From assembly GCF_964204645.1 (NCBI RefSeq), contig NC_134033.1, positions 2,252,131 to 2,316,130 of the forward strand: a DNA stretch of 64,000 nt, read 5' to 3'. Below are positions 39,520-52,920 of the stretch, piece after piece (position 1 is the first letter of the stretch; every line of letters starts with the position of its first letter). The notes under the pieces are model-generated. The model made no database searches. It was not told the DNA's origin and saw nothing but the letters and a program-made list of their open reading frames with translations. Origin of the DNA: Tubulanus polymorphus (lineage: Eukaryota > Animalia > Nemertea). Position numbers and translations under genes: made by a program.

Positions 39520-40479
39520 TATCGGGATCTCCTCCGCAATCATCAGCATCAACAGCCGCCAGTCTCATCTTGCGTTCTCAATCGCTAGGCGTCACAAATT
39601 CCTTCACGTTCCAGTCTCTCCTAACATCATCAGCCGCTTATTAGTAGGTTGTTTGCTTGAAGCCACACGTTCTTCACGCCTTGTTGCAGAGCTCTTCATC
39701 ACTGGACATCGGTTCTCGGACTGGCACCGGGCGGCTCGAACCGCGCTTCTTATACCTACGTCAACCAATCAACGACGGTGCATCATCGATGCGACCGGAA
39801 TGGATCAATCAGAAAGCTCGATCGCGCATTCCTGTGACAGACCCGAGTCCGTGACGCTAATCCGAAAGAACTATTCAATTCGTGCCAAACATTTTCAATG
39901 GGGCCTACAGGTCATCGAGTTTAATTCGACTATTCATAGAGGCACATATTGTTTAAGATAGAAATATCGAATGCTACGATTTTTGCCTAAAATTGTAAGC
40001 TGAAATTTTATCTAAACTATCCAACAAACTTTAGTGTAGATTTCCCTTCTATTTACGTCTGGTTTTGAACTATAATACCGGCTCAATTTTACTATTTTCG
40101 AGTTTTGCTTTAGGATATCGAAGTTTGCTTAAGGGTTTGTGCAGTGACGCGGCACTATTGTGTAGTAGAGCGTATGGCAGGTCTCCAGTGAGTGATTCTC
40201 TATTGGATAGAGTCGTTTTGAATCCGAATTTATACACAAGTTCACCAGACATCGCCGCGTACACATCTTCTTTAACCGAAATCTGGTGAAGTTAAAAAAA
40301 TTATCAAAGTTTTATCATCAGTTGAGAAAGAACTGTGATTGATCACCGCGCGCTGCTTGCACCGAATAGTCGCTTGGATTTCTTCAGTTCGAGGAATTGA
40401 ATAAATATAAAAAAATTTCCCAAACCCTCACCACTAAACTTAAAATAACAAACTAATATTGTAAAAAAGTCGAAGGTCC

Positions 40480-40743
40480 CTGGGGGAATTACTCCGCAAC
40501 CTGGACCGGTATTGTGGGATAAATAAATAATTCAGCCAGAAACGACTGAATTAAACATAATTTACCCCACACCAGTTATTTTGTAGGACTCACGCATTAG
40601 CAACCTCATTCCAGGGAGGACAGTACTCTCGACTCGCCCGCTTACCGGAGATCATTTGCCACATCCTGACCCGCCTCCTCCGAGACTCGAACCCGGGCCA
40701 CAGCGGTGACACGCTAGTCGCCGACCGACTAAGCCATCCGGTC
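40480..40743 (-). mobile_element. tRNA-derived SINE-like element
   Basis: Minus strand reads GACCGGA-TGGCTTAGTCGG (A box)...GGGTTCGAGTCTC (B box), followed by a GC-richer body; 3' end uncertain. Confidence 0.55.
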
Positions 40744-41107
40744 CGCCCGATTGTGATAGGAAAACATTCTAACATGTAACTACGTGTAACCATGTTACAT
40801 GTACATGTACCATGTACATGTAACCATCGATTTCAAATTTGATTCATGCAACTGATTTCATGATGCTGTATTTTGTCGAGATACATTTGGTTGACGAAAA
40901 GTGGCTTAATTACATCAGCAAACTGCAGAATTTCTTTTCTATTGCGTCTGGCAAATCCGGTAAAATCCACCGAATTACTCATTAATTCGTTTAATTTGTA
41001 TTTATCTCGGATTTAGCTTTAACTCACAACTGTGCCACCGGGTCCGGCATGTTTATCCCCGTATCAACGCGGTGAACCCTTCGTTTCGGGATTCGAACCC
41101 AACGGCA

Positions 41108-44100
41108 GAGTAGAAATTTTGAATTATTTCTGTATAGGAAATTAAGGTTAGGTTAGGTTTAAGCTTAGTCGAACAGATGACGGACCCTAGTTATAGCAAA
41201 CTGAAAAACAATAGACTCAATCGTAACTCGAATCGATTGTGATCTCAGTGATTTGTGTTTGAATTCCAATTAAACAACGGCAATCTGATTGCCAGCATCG
41301 AATGTAAGTATTCCAATATTTGTTTTCGGAGTTTCAATGCTTATTCGACTTGAAGAGATTCGAGTTACGAGTAATCTAACGATTTATCAGATATAAACAA
41401 TCGGAAACATTTGCTTCATTGCATATTGGGTCATACAATCCACATCGTATATGTTGTAACCCGCTTTAATCGTCTGAGACTAAAACCATTCTAGATTCTA
41501 TATTTAGACGCGAGACAAATATGAAAATTATTGAGAAATAACTAAAATTGTTGCTTTGTCACCTGACACTCAATAACACAAAACTTTTGCAGGGATTTAC
41601 TGAAACTGAAGTGTCCGTTCAAACTTTTAAATTGGCTTTAAGTGCAAAATATAAAACCAATTCTAAACACATTTGACCTGGTCCTGAGTTGATACGGGCA
41701 ATTCGGCAGTATAGGAAGGTGGGCTAGACTATAACGGGCACCGAGGAGTCGAGTAAAGGTTTGTGAAAGGTTGCCAATATATATATATATATATTTGAAT
41801 GAAGTGTGGGTTTGACTATTTCACGGAATGGCTTCTTATTGTAATAATGTTATAAATGTGTAAGTCACCGGTTCCGCAGATTGTGGTTCTAAACAACGCA
41901 ACAGATGTCGCCTTCGCTAATTTACACTTGTCGTAGAGTTTTCTCAGGAGACTCAGGAGGTTAGCTCGGTGGGCACAGGACGGCGCTCCGGCCCACAGAC
42001 TGATGAAGGTTAGAAACTGACTTTCACTGTGATGGGTATTGCGCTTTGCGTCCTGTCAGCGGTCAATTTCGCCTCACAAATCCTCAAACTCGTGCCACTA
42101 ATTTCCCTATTAACTGAATTACTGTAGAGATTGATTTAAAAGTTGAAATAATGTGCCTTTAACTGGTATCTGGCTGATGAATGGAGATGTCATCAACTTT
42201 AGCAAGCAGAGCCTCATCAGAAATGATTTTGTCCCAGAAACCGTTTTTACATTCGAATAAACTTTGTACAATTTTGAATAAAAGTCATGTAGGAATCAAG
42301 GTTTCAAATTTGTCATTTTATTTAAATCTGCAACAAGTGTAAATTACGAGTCTCCTTTATTTTGATAATTCTTGCTCAGTCACACGTATACCAATAAACC
42401 AAATACAATACATTGAAATAGTAAAGCTGATCTTTGAGTGTATACCTGGCTTAGTTGAATAAAAAGTTTTATAATCAGTTTATTATCTTCGGTTATAAAT
42501 ATATCCGAAAAATGACATCTGTTGCGTTTTCTAAGAACCACCCGGTAGAGTTTGGATGCTGTAACGACGCTTTGCTCATATGCTGGTGCTGTATAAGGAC
42601 TTCTCTCCGCTGCTGGTTCAAGGTTCCGATAACGATATACATTTGACAATGTCGCGTTCCTCTAGGTAAGTGAAGTGTTTAGCGATTTGAAATAGTCAAA
42701 ACCAAGATAGAAACTTTCGAAATAATGCATTTATTAATAACCATTTCGAATTCTCTTGAACTTCGAGCGTTTGGTGTGTTGACGAAACCCATTATTTCGG
42801 TATTTCTATGAAAAGTTCTTAAACCCGACCTAAATTGCAGAAATCGAATTCTTTATTTCAAACACTTTATTTTCATTGAACACACACGCAATGAATTTCA
42901 GTATTTACACCTCGCATATCTTCAGGTATTCCACCTCCTCACAGCGTTATTCACTTATACTACGACACCCTACAAAACATATAGCATCAACATTTTATGA
43001 AAAGATGGTTGTGGTTGTTAGGCTTTAGACACGTCAGTGATACCTTTTCAACGTGTATTTCTAACTCAAATTCGTTTTAACAGTGTCTTAATCTCTAAAC
43101 CTAACCCTAAGCAGAACGCCGTCCCCAAATATGTGGAACTGCATCACGAAACGGCCTAGATAGTGGAAAGCGATGGAGGGAGACGTGTTCGCGCCGGTGG
43201 AGGGAGACTCCGACTATTTCGTGTTCACTCAAGGAACAACTCGAAAAAACTTTGTATCAATTGCATCGGGTCAATTTCAGCTCCACTTCAATGTATTTTA
43301 CTGTTTTTATACGTGTGACTGAGCAAGAACAATAAGAGAATAAGTAATTTACACTTGTCGCAGATTCAACCAAAATTACAAACTTAAAACAGAACACAAT
43401 AACATGATATGATTTATTTTTCACTTAAAGATAACAATGAAATAAAGAATGCCGAGTTAACACCAATAAGTGAGGGTGCAGTCACAGAGCTCACAGGCTG
43501 TAACAACTTTGGACCAAGCCAAGTGGTTTCCACAAATGTTTTCCACGGTCATTTTATTCAAAATCTGCCATCATTTTTTCTAAGAATACTCTCACTAGCT
43601 TTATTTACTTGCAGAAGCCGATTCGTCGCTGGAGACCAGAAAGGGCCATCACAAAATAGCTATGTCTTCATTCATTCGGCTCGGAGAAAGTACAGTCAAC
43701 ATCGCTTAAGTCTTCTTTAGTTGGGAGAATCGTTAAGATGATGACTTACCGAAAGAACGTATTACAAATTACTCCAGAGAATTGTAAATACAAATACTGA
43801 TGTAGTGTGATGACTTATCTGATAATGACTTAAGCGAGGTTGACTGTAGTGGCAAGGTGTCCAGTCTGGTTAACGAGGGGATCATCTGTTGGTCGGAAAT
43901 TGCAAAAACCATTTTAGTAAAAAAGTCTATTTCTGTCATGAATTGGCCGGTGGGCCGAGCGCCGTCCTGTGCCCACCGAGCTAACCTCCTCGGTCTCCTG
44001 AGAAAACTCTACGACAAGTGTAAATTAACCGAAGGCGACATCTGTTGCATTTTTCAGAACCACTCTTCGTAGTAACCGCGATCTCCGGACCCGGAAAATT

Positions 44101-44757
44101 ACATATTTATACGCATTATTACAATACGAAGCCATTCCGTGAAATAGTCAAACCCGAAATTCATATGACTATTAAATCTACTCGTTATAACCGGATTAAT
44201 CGTCCTTGACTGATCAGAGATTCCATTCTTAAATCCAGGCAAGCAGACGATCAAAACTAATTTGAATCAATGATTTAGAACAAAATTGCGATATATGTTT
44301 GATAAATGCGACCACCTTCCCAAGCCTATAGCTCGACTACTCTCAGGTGCTGTATAAATGTCTCGGACGATTGAACCGGTTACAAGTCGGTTTTACAAGT
44401 AATATTTCATTATCCAGTTTATGGAATAAATTTCAAGATTGCTTTATCTGATAAATTGTTTTACATAGGACTCCTCTTAACTCAAATTTGTCAAAACCGG
44501 CAAGTGGAATTATCATTTCAAACTTTAATACAAATAATTTAGAACCATTACAACAAAAGAATATCAAGAATATCAATCAGGTTTTTCTAACATCTCAAAC
44601 ATTAATCACTGGTCAGAAATTAATTCAAGTTAAGAGGAATGTTAGGAGTCTAATGTATCTGAAATTGCTGTAACGAGGACCAATCTGTTTGATAGATAGG
44701 CTTAAACCCGACCTAACCTAAGTTTCCTATACGAAAAACTATTAGAAATTCTACTCA
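41108..44757. repeat. Degenerate long inverted repeat, arms ~41108-41996 and ~43950-44757
   Basis: 41805-41996 is the reverse complement of 43950-44155; further colinear patches at 41108-41165/44700-44757, 41378-41407/44431-44460 and 41728-41790/44290-44362. Confidence 0.8.
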
Positions 44758-46471
44758 CCAATTCATGGATTACTTCGATCAGTTATCTGTTTGTTGCTTA
44801 GAAGATATGACATCCAAGCAGGCTACAACATTCTGCTGGTCTGTTGGTCCAGGTTGGTAAAGTCCAGCACGCAGACAGCAATCGGGTCTGGAGTAATCGA
44901 GGAAAGTCTGAAGTCCACTTATGTATTCGTTGATTTAGTCCGCAGCAGGTATTGACAGCAAACAGGTCCCGAGTAAGAGAAGAAGGCCTGAAGTCCACTG
45001 TGTATTTGTTGATTAAGTCCAGCACGCATTGACAGCAATCAGAGGAAGTAGAGCTTCTCTGAAAAAAAACGTAATGATCACCGTTATGATTTTTAATTTG
45101 ACTCCATACAATCCGTTATATCCAGTATAAAAAAACCTACAAATCTACTCACCACCAATTCAATTCTGTGTGGAGAATCATAGCTTATTTTGAAAACAGC
45201 GTTGGTTTAGTCAGCCCCGCGGTATTGGAAGCAATGAGGTCCTTAATGAGGAATGGCTGATCTGAAAAAGAAAACAATTTCATATTTTACAGGTTTCAAT
45301 TCTGACTGATGAATCAATATTCAAGTAAAGAAGCCCGAGCCCTTTTAGCTTATAGATTTACAAAATCCCGTTTAAGATTCAACTCACCTAACCTCACGTA
45401 AGGACTGGACATATATGCGCGTGTAGTGAATTCAACGTATCTTAAGAACTAATCCACAGAATTGGCTAAATTCAAATCGAACACGTATTACATGATTTCA
45501 AAGACCGAGGACAATAACAGGACACGATATGAACTGAGTTTGTCATAATGCGGTTCAATGGACACGAGCACCACTGGCTACAAAATACCACTGAACTACA
45601 AACGCGTGGTTCTATGATTATACCAGGCTGACCCTGTATATTCTAACAAAATCAAATGTATTCATCTTAAATATAAGAAGTGGACCAGTGGGTATCAATA
45701 ATTCATTAGCTGGAGGACACATCGGTCAAATATAAGAAGTGGACCAGTCCTCATTAGAATCCACAAGAAATATCTTAGAACAGTTCGCACTACATTGGCA
45801 GTGGTCTGAACAGTTTCTTTCACCAGCGACCAGTTCTTAATATTGTCAAATCAAATCCCCTAAAAGATGACGAATAATCTGCGACATGTTTCAAATTAAA
45901 CAAAAAAGAAAACGATTTGTTTTCGAGCACAATTTCTGACAGGTCATTTATTCAGTTTTTTAGGACCCTCCTCCACAGGTTCAGCTCGGTTTGAAATAGG
46001 AATTTTCTCTTATTTATTTGATTGATTTGATGTGAATCGTTTTGACGCTGTTTTGGTGCCCCTTGCAGACCCACCGGCCACACGCATCGTGAAAGAAATT
46101 TTAAGAAAGGGATTTTATTTTGGACATCGGAAATCGAAGTATAGATAATTAAACAAGATCTTTTTGTTAAATAGAATCACATAAACATGGAAATTTCGGT
46201 TCTGGTTCGATGGTTTAACCCTACAATCAAATTCTTATTGGTAACCGTGGAACTGGATCCAGGTGTCTTGAAGATTCCAAGAAATAAATCCAACGACTAA
46301 TTCATTTGAATGAATGAATTTATTTTTATTTTTCAAATTTTATTCATTTCATTTTGCTTCTAAAGATTGCAGTCAATTTTCAAGTAAATCATTTTGCATC
46401 GTTTCTTAAAGAGTTTAATAAGTAAATTTCGATTATTCAATTATCGTTATCCTTTTTTTTGCGCCAATTAC

Positions 46472-47799
46472 TTATTTGGCGCCGGATGGTTCTTGGTGAT
46501 CCGGGTCGCAGGATAAATAGTACAGCGTAGCGGGCGCGTCTCGCAGCGACGGATCGGAACCTTCGATGCACCGACATTTCGTACCACTGTCTGTTATGTA
46601 GGTTTCGAACGGCTCCAAGAATTCTCCTTTGTGTCCGCGGCAACCTTCAAAATACATGATTGAAAAAATACCATTCAGAATTTGATCTTTGATCTTTAAA
46701 TCAAACCATCAGCAGGGCTCCACAGTCGCCTGTGGCAATGAGGACTTCGAGCCACCAGCTATCCCGCTAGATGGCGTGCGTAGCAGTGCGACAACCCCGT
46801 CAAAATCTAGTTCACTTTCGATGAACTTTCATCTAGATTTTTAGCTTCCCTCGTCAGAAATTAGGCAAATTACTCCTCTTGATAAACTCAGAAGATCTTA
46901 AGGTTCATATTTAAGGTGGTTTATACTGATCACCATTCAAAGAATTTGAGAAATTTTGGACAGACTTTAATCGAATATGTGAAGAAATCCGCGAGTTGTT
47001 GTCTGAGTGCACACTAGCGAACCTGGTGAATCCTCGCTTGCCACAAGCGGAATCCTCGATTGCCACAGTCGAACGTTGAGTCCTCAAAGAGGATTCCACT
47101 CGTGGTAAGTGTGAATCCACTTCCCACATTTTCCGCATATTTTGCTTACCCAGAAGTTTACAGTGCGCGAATGCCGGAAGCGGGACTTCTGGCAGAGGGT
47201 AAATCTCATGAAGCCAGGTGTATTTTAGTTGTATATCGCGGGTGCAATAGCACCTGGACACCGCGCCATCTGAGCTTCTCTGCCACGAGCTGCCAACGTC
47301 GTGTTTGGTTCCATCTTTTTCTTTACATTCTTGAAAAACAAAGATCACAATTAGAAAAATAGATCGTGACCTCTAGCAATGATCATAACTAAAAACGTTC
47401 TGCCCGCATAAAAATACAAGATAGAATTGCTGGATTCGAACCGAACCATGGAACAAAGAACTAAAGCAGTAAAACAGGAAAGGCTAGGATTCGAACCTCG
47501 CGCACAATCGAGCAAACTTCATGCGAGGAATCGACTATTGAAGTCAATTTTCACAGAATCAGACGTTAAGACGATTTGACGGCTCATTACGGTTATCACA
47601 ACTAAGCGTCGTTCCCGAAACCATAATATATGTTAATTTATGTTAAAACATTCTAATTTATGTATAATCTGTTTGTTACCTGTTGGGCAGTTGATAGCGG
47701 TAAAACAGTCCTGCTGAACTTGGTGTCCTGCTATTTCGCATAGATCTAAGTAAGGGTTGAGGCGATCGAGGTTATCTGGTGTATCCAGTCGCACAATCG
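46472..47799 (-). CDS. Small Cys-rich protein with two tandem 4-Cys modules (VWC/FnI/beta-microseminoprotein-like); start codon unresolved
   Basis: Phase-1 exons 47799-47680 (less certain), 47329-47150 (CKEKDGTKHDVGSSW..CYC..C) and 46644-46472 (CRGHKGEFLEPFETY..CRC..C, TAA); AATAAA on - strand near 46320; in-frame ATG at 47848 is a possible start. Confidence 0.7.
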
Positions 47800-47856
47800 C
47801 TGGAAGCATCGGCAAAAAGATTAATTCAATAAACCCTTTAATAACCATTTGTATAC

Positions 47857-48187
47857 CATCCTCCCTCTGCAGGGACTCGAACCTGATGGCATCGCTACAC
47901 TCAGCCACGGCACGAACCCCTGCATCAGTAGACCGGGTGCGCAGGTACATGCGCAGCTTTCCGAACGAAAACTGGCGGCACCAATCAGATTGCTCGTTGT
48001 ATAATCGTTGAGGCAAATTTCAAGGAAGAACTATAAATGGGAAAACCCGGGCTAAAATAAAACTGATTGGCTAAAAATCACATCATCTGAACTGCGCATG
48101 TATCTGCGCACACGGTCGATTATGGCAGGGTTTCGTGCCGTGGCAATCTCGATGCCATCAGGTTCGAATCCCTGCCGGGGGAGGATG
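47857..48187. repeat. Inverted repeat element with ~100-bp arms
   Basis: 47857-47957 is the reverse complement of 48091-48187; each arm contains GGTTCGA(A/G)TCC. Confidence 0.8.
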
Positions 48188-49912
48188 TTTCTATACGAGC
48201 TCTATTTCTTATATTTAAAAAAAAAATCACAATTAGCTGGTTACGTCATTGGGGGAATATATCTTCAAAACATATACAAATTGTGAGAATTCAAAATAAA
48301 ATTTGGAGTCGAAGATGAAAAATTTTGTGTGGTTTATTCAAGGGCAAGTTTGAAAAGAACGTGACATTTCAAGTCTTGATGATTGAATTGGCGTTATCTT
48401 TGATATCACGAAGTGTCAGTCAGTTTGAATGGAATTCCGCAAAGTGATTCTAACATCAAATACAAGCTGTTACTTTTCACTATTTTTCAACATTCAGCCG
48501 CTGTGATTTGAAAACATTGATTTGTGAGTGAAACGACGGTCGGACAACATGTGGTCAGATTAGCGACAATGTCGGTACGACAGGGCAGTGTGACGAAATG
48601 CAAGATTGAATGATATCGCTTTCCGAAAAAAGAAAACAGGGAGAACTAAATCCGGGATACAACTCAGTCCTCTATAGGCTTACCTTAGTATCTAAGACCG
48701 TTTACTCGGAATTATCACTGATATCGAAGAGATATCTTTTCCAATATATAATAGATTTTCAACCAATTTAATGGTCAACTCCGATTTCCAAGACCTAGAT
48801 GTCATTGATCACGTTGATGGATGGTAACAGTTTTACTGTATGTGATGTAATATACATAGTTAGAATTCCGACAACGAAAATGATTTTCTTTTTCATAATT
48901 TAGCGAAAAAGGTCAAATAATTTGAACAAACAACTTTCGTATAACTTATTCGTATTAGCTAAAAGGTACTTAGGCCACTTCTTTTGAAAGAATGCCCAGA
49001 CGACGCGGCCGCCTGTTTACCCCGTACATCACTTCTCTAAATCACGATCGAACTAAACCATTACAGACCCTGCAGCTATATAAATGAACTTATTACAAAT
49101 TTTATTGCATTTTACAAAATGAACCGGCTGATTAGGAGAAACAATGTCAATTTTGTTTAGCCTGACCAAAATTATTGTGGCTGAGCCGGGCATTGTCGTA
49201 AGGGCGCAAACATTATGTTAACTTGGAACTTCAATGTTCGTCGTCGCATTTAGCAATAGATATCATGATATTTGGCGCAATGAATAAATACGAAGATCAC
49301 TTACCAGCTCCGCAGAAAGATTCGGAGCAGCTTCCAGCGCGAACCCGCTTGCTCCGCCATCAATATAGTTAATTTGCATTGAATTTTACCTTACAGTGCT
49401 GCCACCATCATAAAATTTCAATTCGGCCCGGAAAATTGTTTGATATCGATATTGCAACTTCGGTTGTTGAATCTTGATCAATTTGACAAATGTGATAATT
49501 TCCCCGTGAATCCATCTCGAAGGAGCCGTACAATGCGAAATTACCGCCATCTTGTTAATTTGTAAACTACGTGGCATCGATTGTATGGCGTGTAATTGTC
49601 AAATTTGAACCATCAAACGCGGCCAGCAAATATCAAACCCTCGAGTTTTTAAGTGAAATAAAAAAAAAACGTAAATCTTTATATTTTCAGTTACAAACAA
49701 GTTCTTTATTCAACTAAATGTAACATGAATATTTCAGGATTACAGTAAATACTAGAATACATTATGTCAAGAAGGACCCAGGCGAAGGAGGCATAAACTT
49801 AAAAATCAAATAAATAAAGGGCCCCTAAATAAAAGACAAATCTACATGATTCATGGAATATTGAAACATGATAATAAATCATTGATTCGAGAATGTAATA
49901 ATATCATTATTA

Positions 49913-50070
49913 CAGTGTCCAACCTCGTTATAGCGAACTCTGATCGGATATAACAAATGTAGAATATCATCTCGAGTAAGAAAATTTATTTCATACTGGA
50001 TATAACGAACTATAGGTTTCACGAACAGATTTTCTGGTCCAGCGACGTTCGTTGTAACGAGGTTCCGCTG
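49913..50070. mobile_element. Tc1/mariner-pogo-like MITE
   Basis: TA-CAGTG..AACCTCGTTA ... TAACGAGGTTCCGCTG-TA; related to 55173-55359. Confidence 0.65.
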
Positions 50071-50128
50071 TAAAACTATCACAGACAATGCTTGCTTAAC
50101 CCGGTACATTTACGATAAGCCTAGTTAA

Positions 50129-50349
50129 GGCTAAACAAAAATGATACCTCGTTTCTCCGCAGCGGCCGGGTCATTTTTGTAAAATATGATAAAATTTATA
50201 AACAGTTCATTTCTATAGCGGCCGGGTCTGTTATGGTAAAATTGATCACGATTTAAAAAAAAAAGTAATGTATAGGGTAGATAGGCGGCCGGCCGGGTCA
50301 ACATTTAAGCTCAGCAGAGCGGAGAAACAAGGTATCAATTTTTTTAGCC
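50129..50349 (-). mobile_element. PIF/Harbinger-like MITE copy
   Basis: Reverse complement of 6757-6976, TAA target duplication. Confidence 0.85.
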
Positions 50350-50689
50350 TAATGCATTTACTAATACAATCACTATCAGACTTTTTTTATACAGTTAACC
50401 CTGCTTCCATTGATTACTAATTCCATTGGTCCCAGATGATTAGAATATATGGTTTGGTTCAACCATCCTCTATCCTACAGTATTATGTCAACATTGTTTA
50501 TTTTTAGAATCAGTCAAATGTAATCTGTTATCCCATGGGCTTGATTGTATGATCGCGACTTCAGTCCGAAAATTGGCTTAAATCTGTGAGACCAGTCTTC
50601 GGACAAAAAAACATCTACATGTAATACACAAATGTGGCATTCATTAGAGTTTGGTCCCCTTCAGACATTGACCATTTGAGTGTTAAGCG

Positions 50690-52185
50690 TGAACGCTCAG
50701 TTTTCGAAAGTGTGCCGATAAAAGTCTCAAGTTTATAGTTCATTTTCAATTAAAAATGTCTCAGGTAAAGTTTTGAACACATGTGAAGTGTGGACGATCA
50801 GTTTTTGAAAGTGTGCTGATAAAATGTCTAATATCTGGTGTTTGTAGTTCATTTTCAATTAAAAATGTCTCAGGTGAAGCACTGAACATATGTGAAGTGT
50901 GGACGATCAGTTTTTGAAAGTGTGCTGATAAAATGTCTAATGTCTGGTGTTTGTAGTTTATTTTCAATTAGAAATGTCTCAGGTGAAGCACTGAACACAT
51001 GTGAAGTGTGGACAATCAGTTTTTGAAAGTGTGCTGATAAAATGTCTAATGTCTGGTGTTTGTAGTTTATTTTCAATTAGAAATGTCTCAGGTGAAGCAC
51101 TGAACACATGTGAAGTGTGGACGATCAGTTTTTGAAAGTGTGCTGATAAAATGTCTAATGTCTGGTGTTTGTAGTTTATTTTCAATTAGAAATGTCTCAG
51201 GTGAAGCACTGAACACATGTGAAGTGTGGACGATCAGTTTTTGAAAGTGTGCTGATAAAATGTCTAATATCTGGTGTTAGTAGTTTATTTTCAATTAGAA
51301 ATGTCTCAGGTGAAGCACTGAACACATGTGAAGTGTGGATGATCAGTTTTTGAGTGTGCTGTTAAAATGTCTAATGTCTGGTGTTTGTAGTTTATTTTCA
51401 ATTAGAAATGTCTCAGGTGAAGCACTGAACGCATGTGAAGTGTGGACGATCAGTTTTTGAAAGTGTGCTGATAAAATGTCTAATGTCTGGTGTTTGTAGT
51501 TCATTTTCAATTAAAAATGTCTCAGGTGAAGCACTGAACACCTGTGAAGTGTGGACGATCAGTTTTTGAAAGTGCGCTGATAAAATGTCTGGTGTTTGTA
51601 GTTCATTTTCAATTAAAAATGTCTCAGGTGAAGCACTGAGCACATGTGAAGTGTGGACGATCAGTTTTTGAAAGTGTGCTGATAAAATGTCTGGTGTTTG
51701 TAGTTCATTTTCAATTAGAAATGTCTCAGGTGAAGCACTGAACACCTGTGAAGTGTGGACGATCAGTTTTTGAAAGTGCGCTGATAAAATGTCTGGTGTT
51801 TGTAGTTCATTTTCAATTAAAAATGTCTCAGGTGAAGCACTGAACACCTGTGAAGTGTGGACGATCAGTTTTTGAAAGTGCGCTGATAAAATGTCTGGTG
51901 TTTGTAGTTTATTTTCAATTAGAAATGTCTCAGGTGAAGCACTGAACACATGTGAAGTGTGGACGATCAGTTTTTGAAAGTGTGCTGATAAAATGTCTAA
52001 TGTCTGGTGTTTGTAGTTTATTTTCAATTAGAAATGTCTCAGGTAAAGTTTTGAACGCATGTAAAGTGTGGACGATCAGCTTTTGAAAGTTTGCTGATAA
52101 AATGTCTAATGTTTGGTATTTGTTGTTCATTTTCAATTAGAAATGTCTCAGGTGAAGCACTGAACACATGTGAATTGTGGACGAT
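50690..52185. repeat. 109-bp satellite, with 101-bp variant units
   Basis: About 14 units, reverse complement of the 10680-11310 array. Confidence 0.95.
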
Positions 52186-52276
52186 CGATGTCAAACTTGA
52201 TGATCAAAAATTGTAACTAGGAGTCAAGAGTTGTAAGAGTCAAGTCAATTTTCGGACTGTTGGTTGATTGACTAAT

Positions 52277-52920
52277 CTACTGGAAACTCTTTTTCAAGAA
52301 TTCCACGCAATGACTGTAACACCTTTCACCCGATTTGATAAACGTGCGCGAAAAAACGTCTCCGTGATAACTGAATTTACCCATATAAAGTTCGACGTCG
52401 ACGCCCGCTTTGCGCAGCCGACCGACGTACAAGATCCCCTCGTCGCGGAGGCAATCGTGTTGGGCGACGGCCACGTACGCAGGCGGCAGTCCGTCGAGAC
52501 GCTTCTGCATCAGCGGCGAAAAATACGGATCGACGACGAAATCGGCGACGTCGTCCGAAAGCGCGCGGTCGCCATCTCGGACGGCGTCGGAGACGAAACC
52601 GTCGCGAATTTCGACGGGTAAATCACGATAATCGACGTAGCGGGAATAGTCGCGTTTCAGGGATTGCGTCGTGTGATTGTTGCGTAGGAAATGCGACGCG
52701 TATTTCGGGTCGATGCCCATATACTGCAGGTGAACGAAGGCGACTCCGCGCGCAGACGAGATGATCGGGTGGTCACGCGTGCGCACGTGCGACGGTAGCT
52801 GGAAATCGAACGCTTGCAGCACCGGGTGTAGGAGAACTTGCAGACGGATTTCGGGAACGTTTGTTTCGTGTCTCATTTTCTGAGCGACGGCGGCGGCTAA
52901 GTTACCCCCGGCGCTATCTC
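52277..52920 (-). CDS. Hydrolase terminal exon C (GDSAGG, HDCLRDE, YHGD)
   Basis: Acceptor TTTCCAG, phase 1, open to stop; Ser-Asp-His triad residues present. Confidence 0.9.

Noticed and set aside
39391-39961. Poly-Q / poly-S ORFs
   Set aside because: Explained by a CAG microsatellite; no other coding evidence
41995-42022. Hammerhead ribozyme (CTGATGA...GAAAC)
   Set aside because: No pairable stem II between the two conserved boxes
43945-44000. HDV-like ribozyme (GGCCGG...CCTCCTCG, CTAA)
   Set aside because: Could not build P1/P2/P3 consistently, and the motif differs in the second arm
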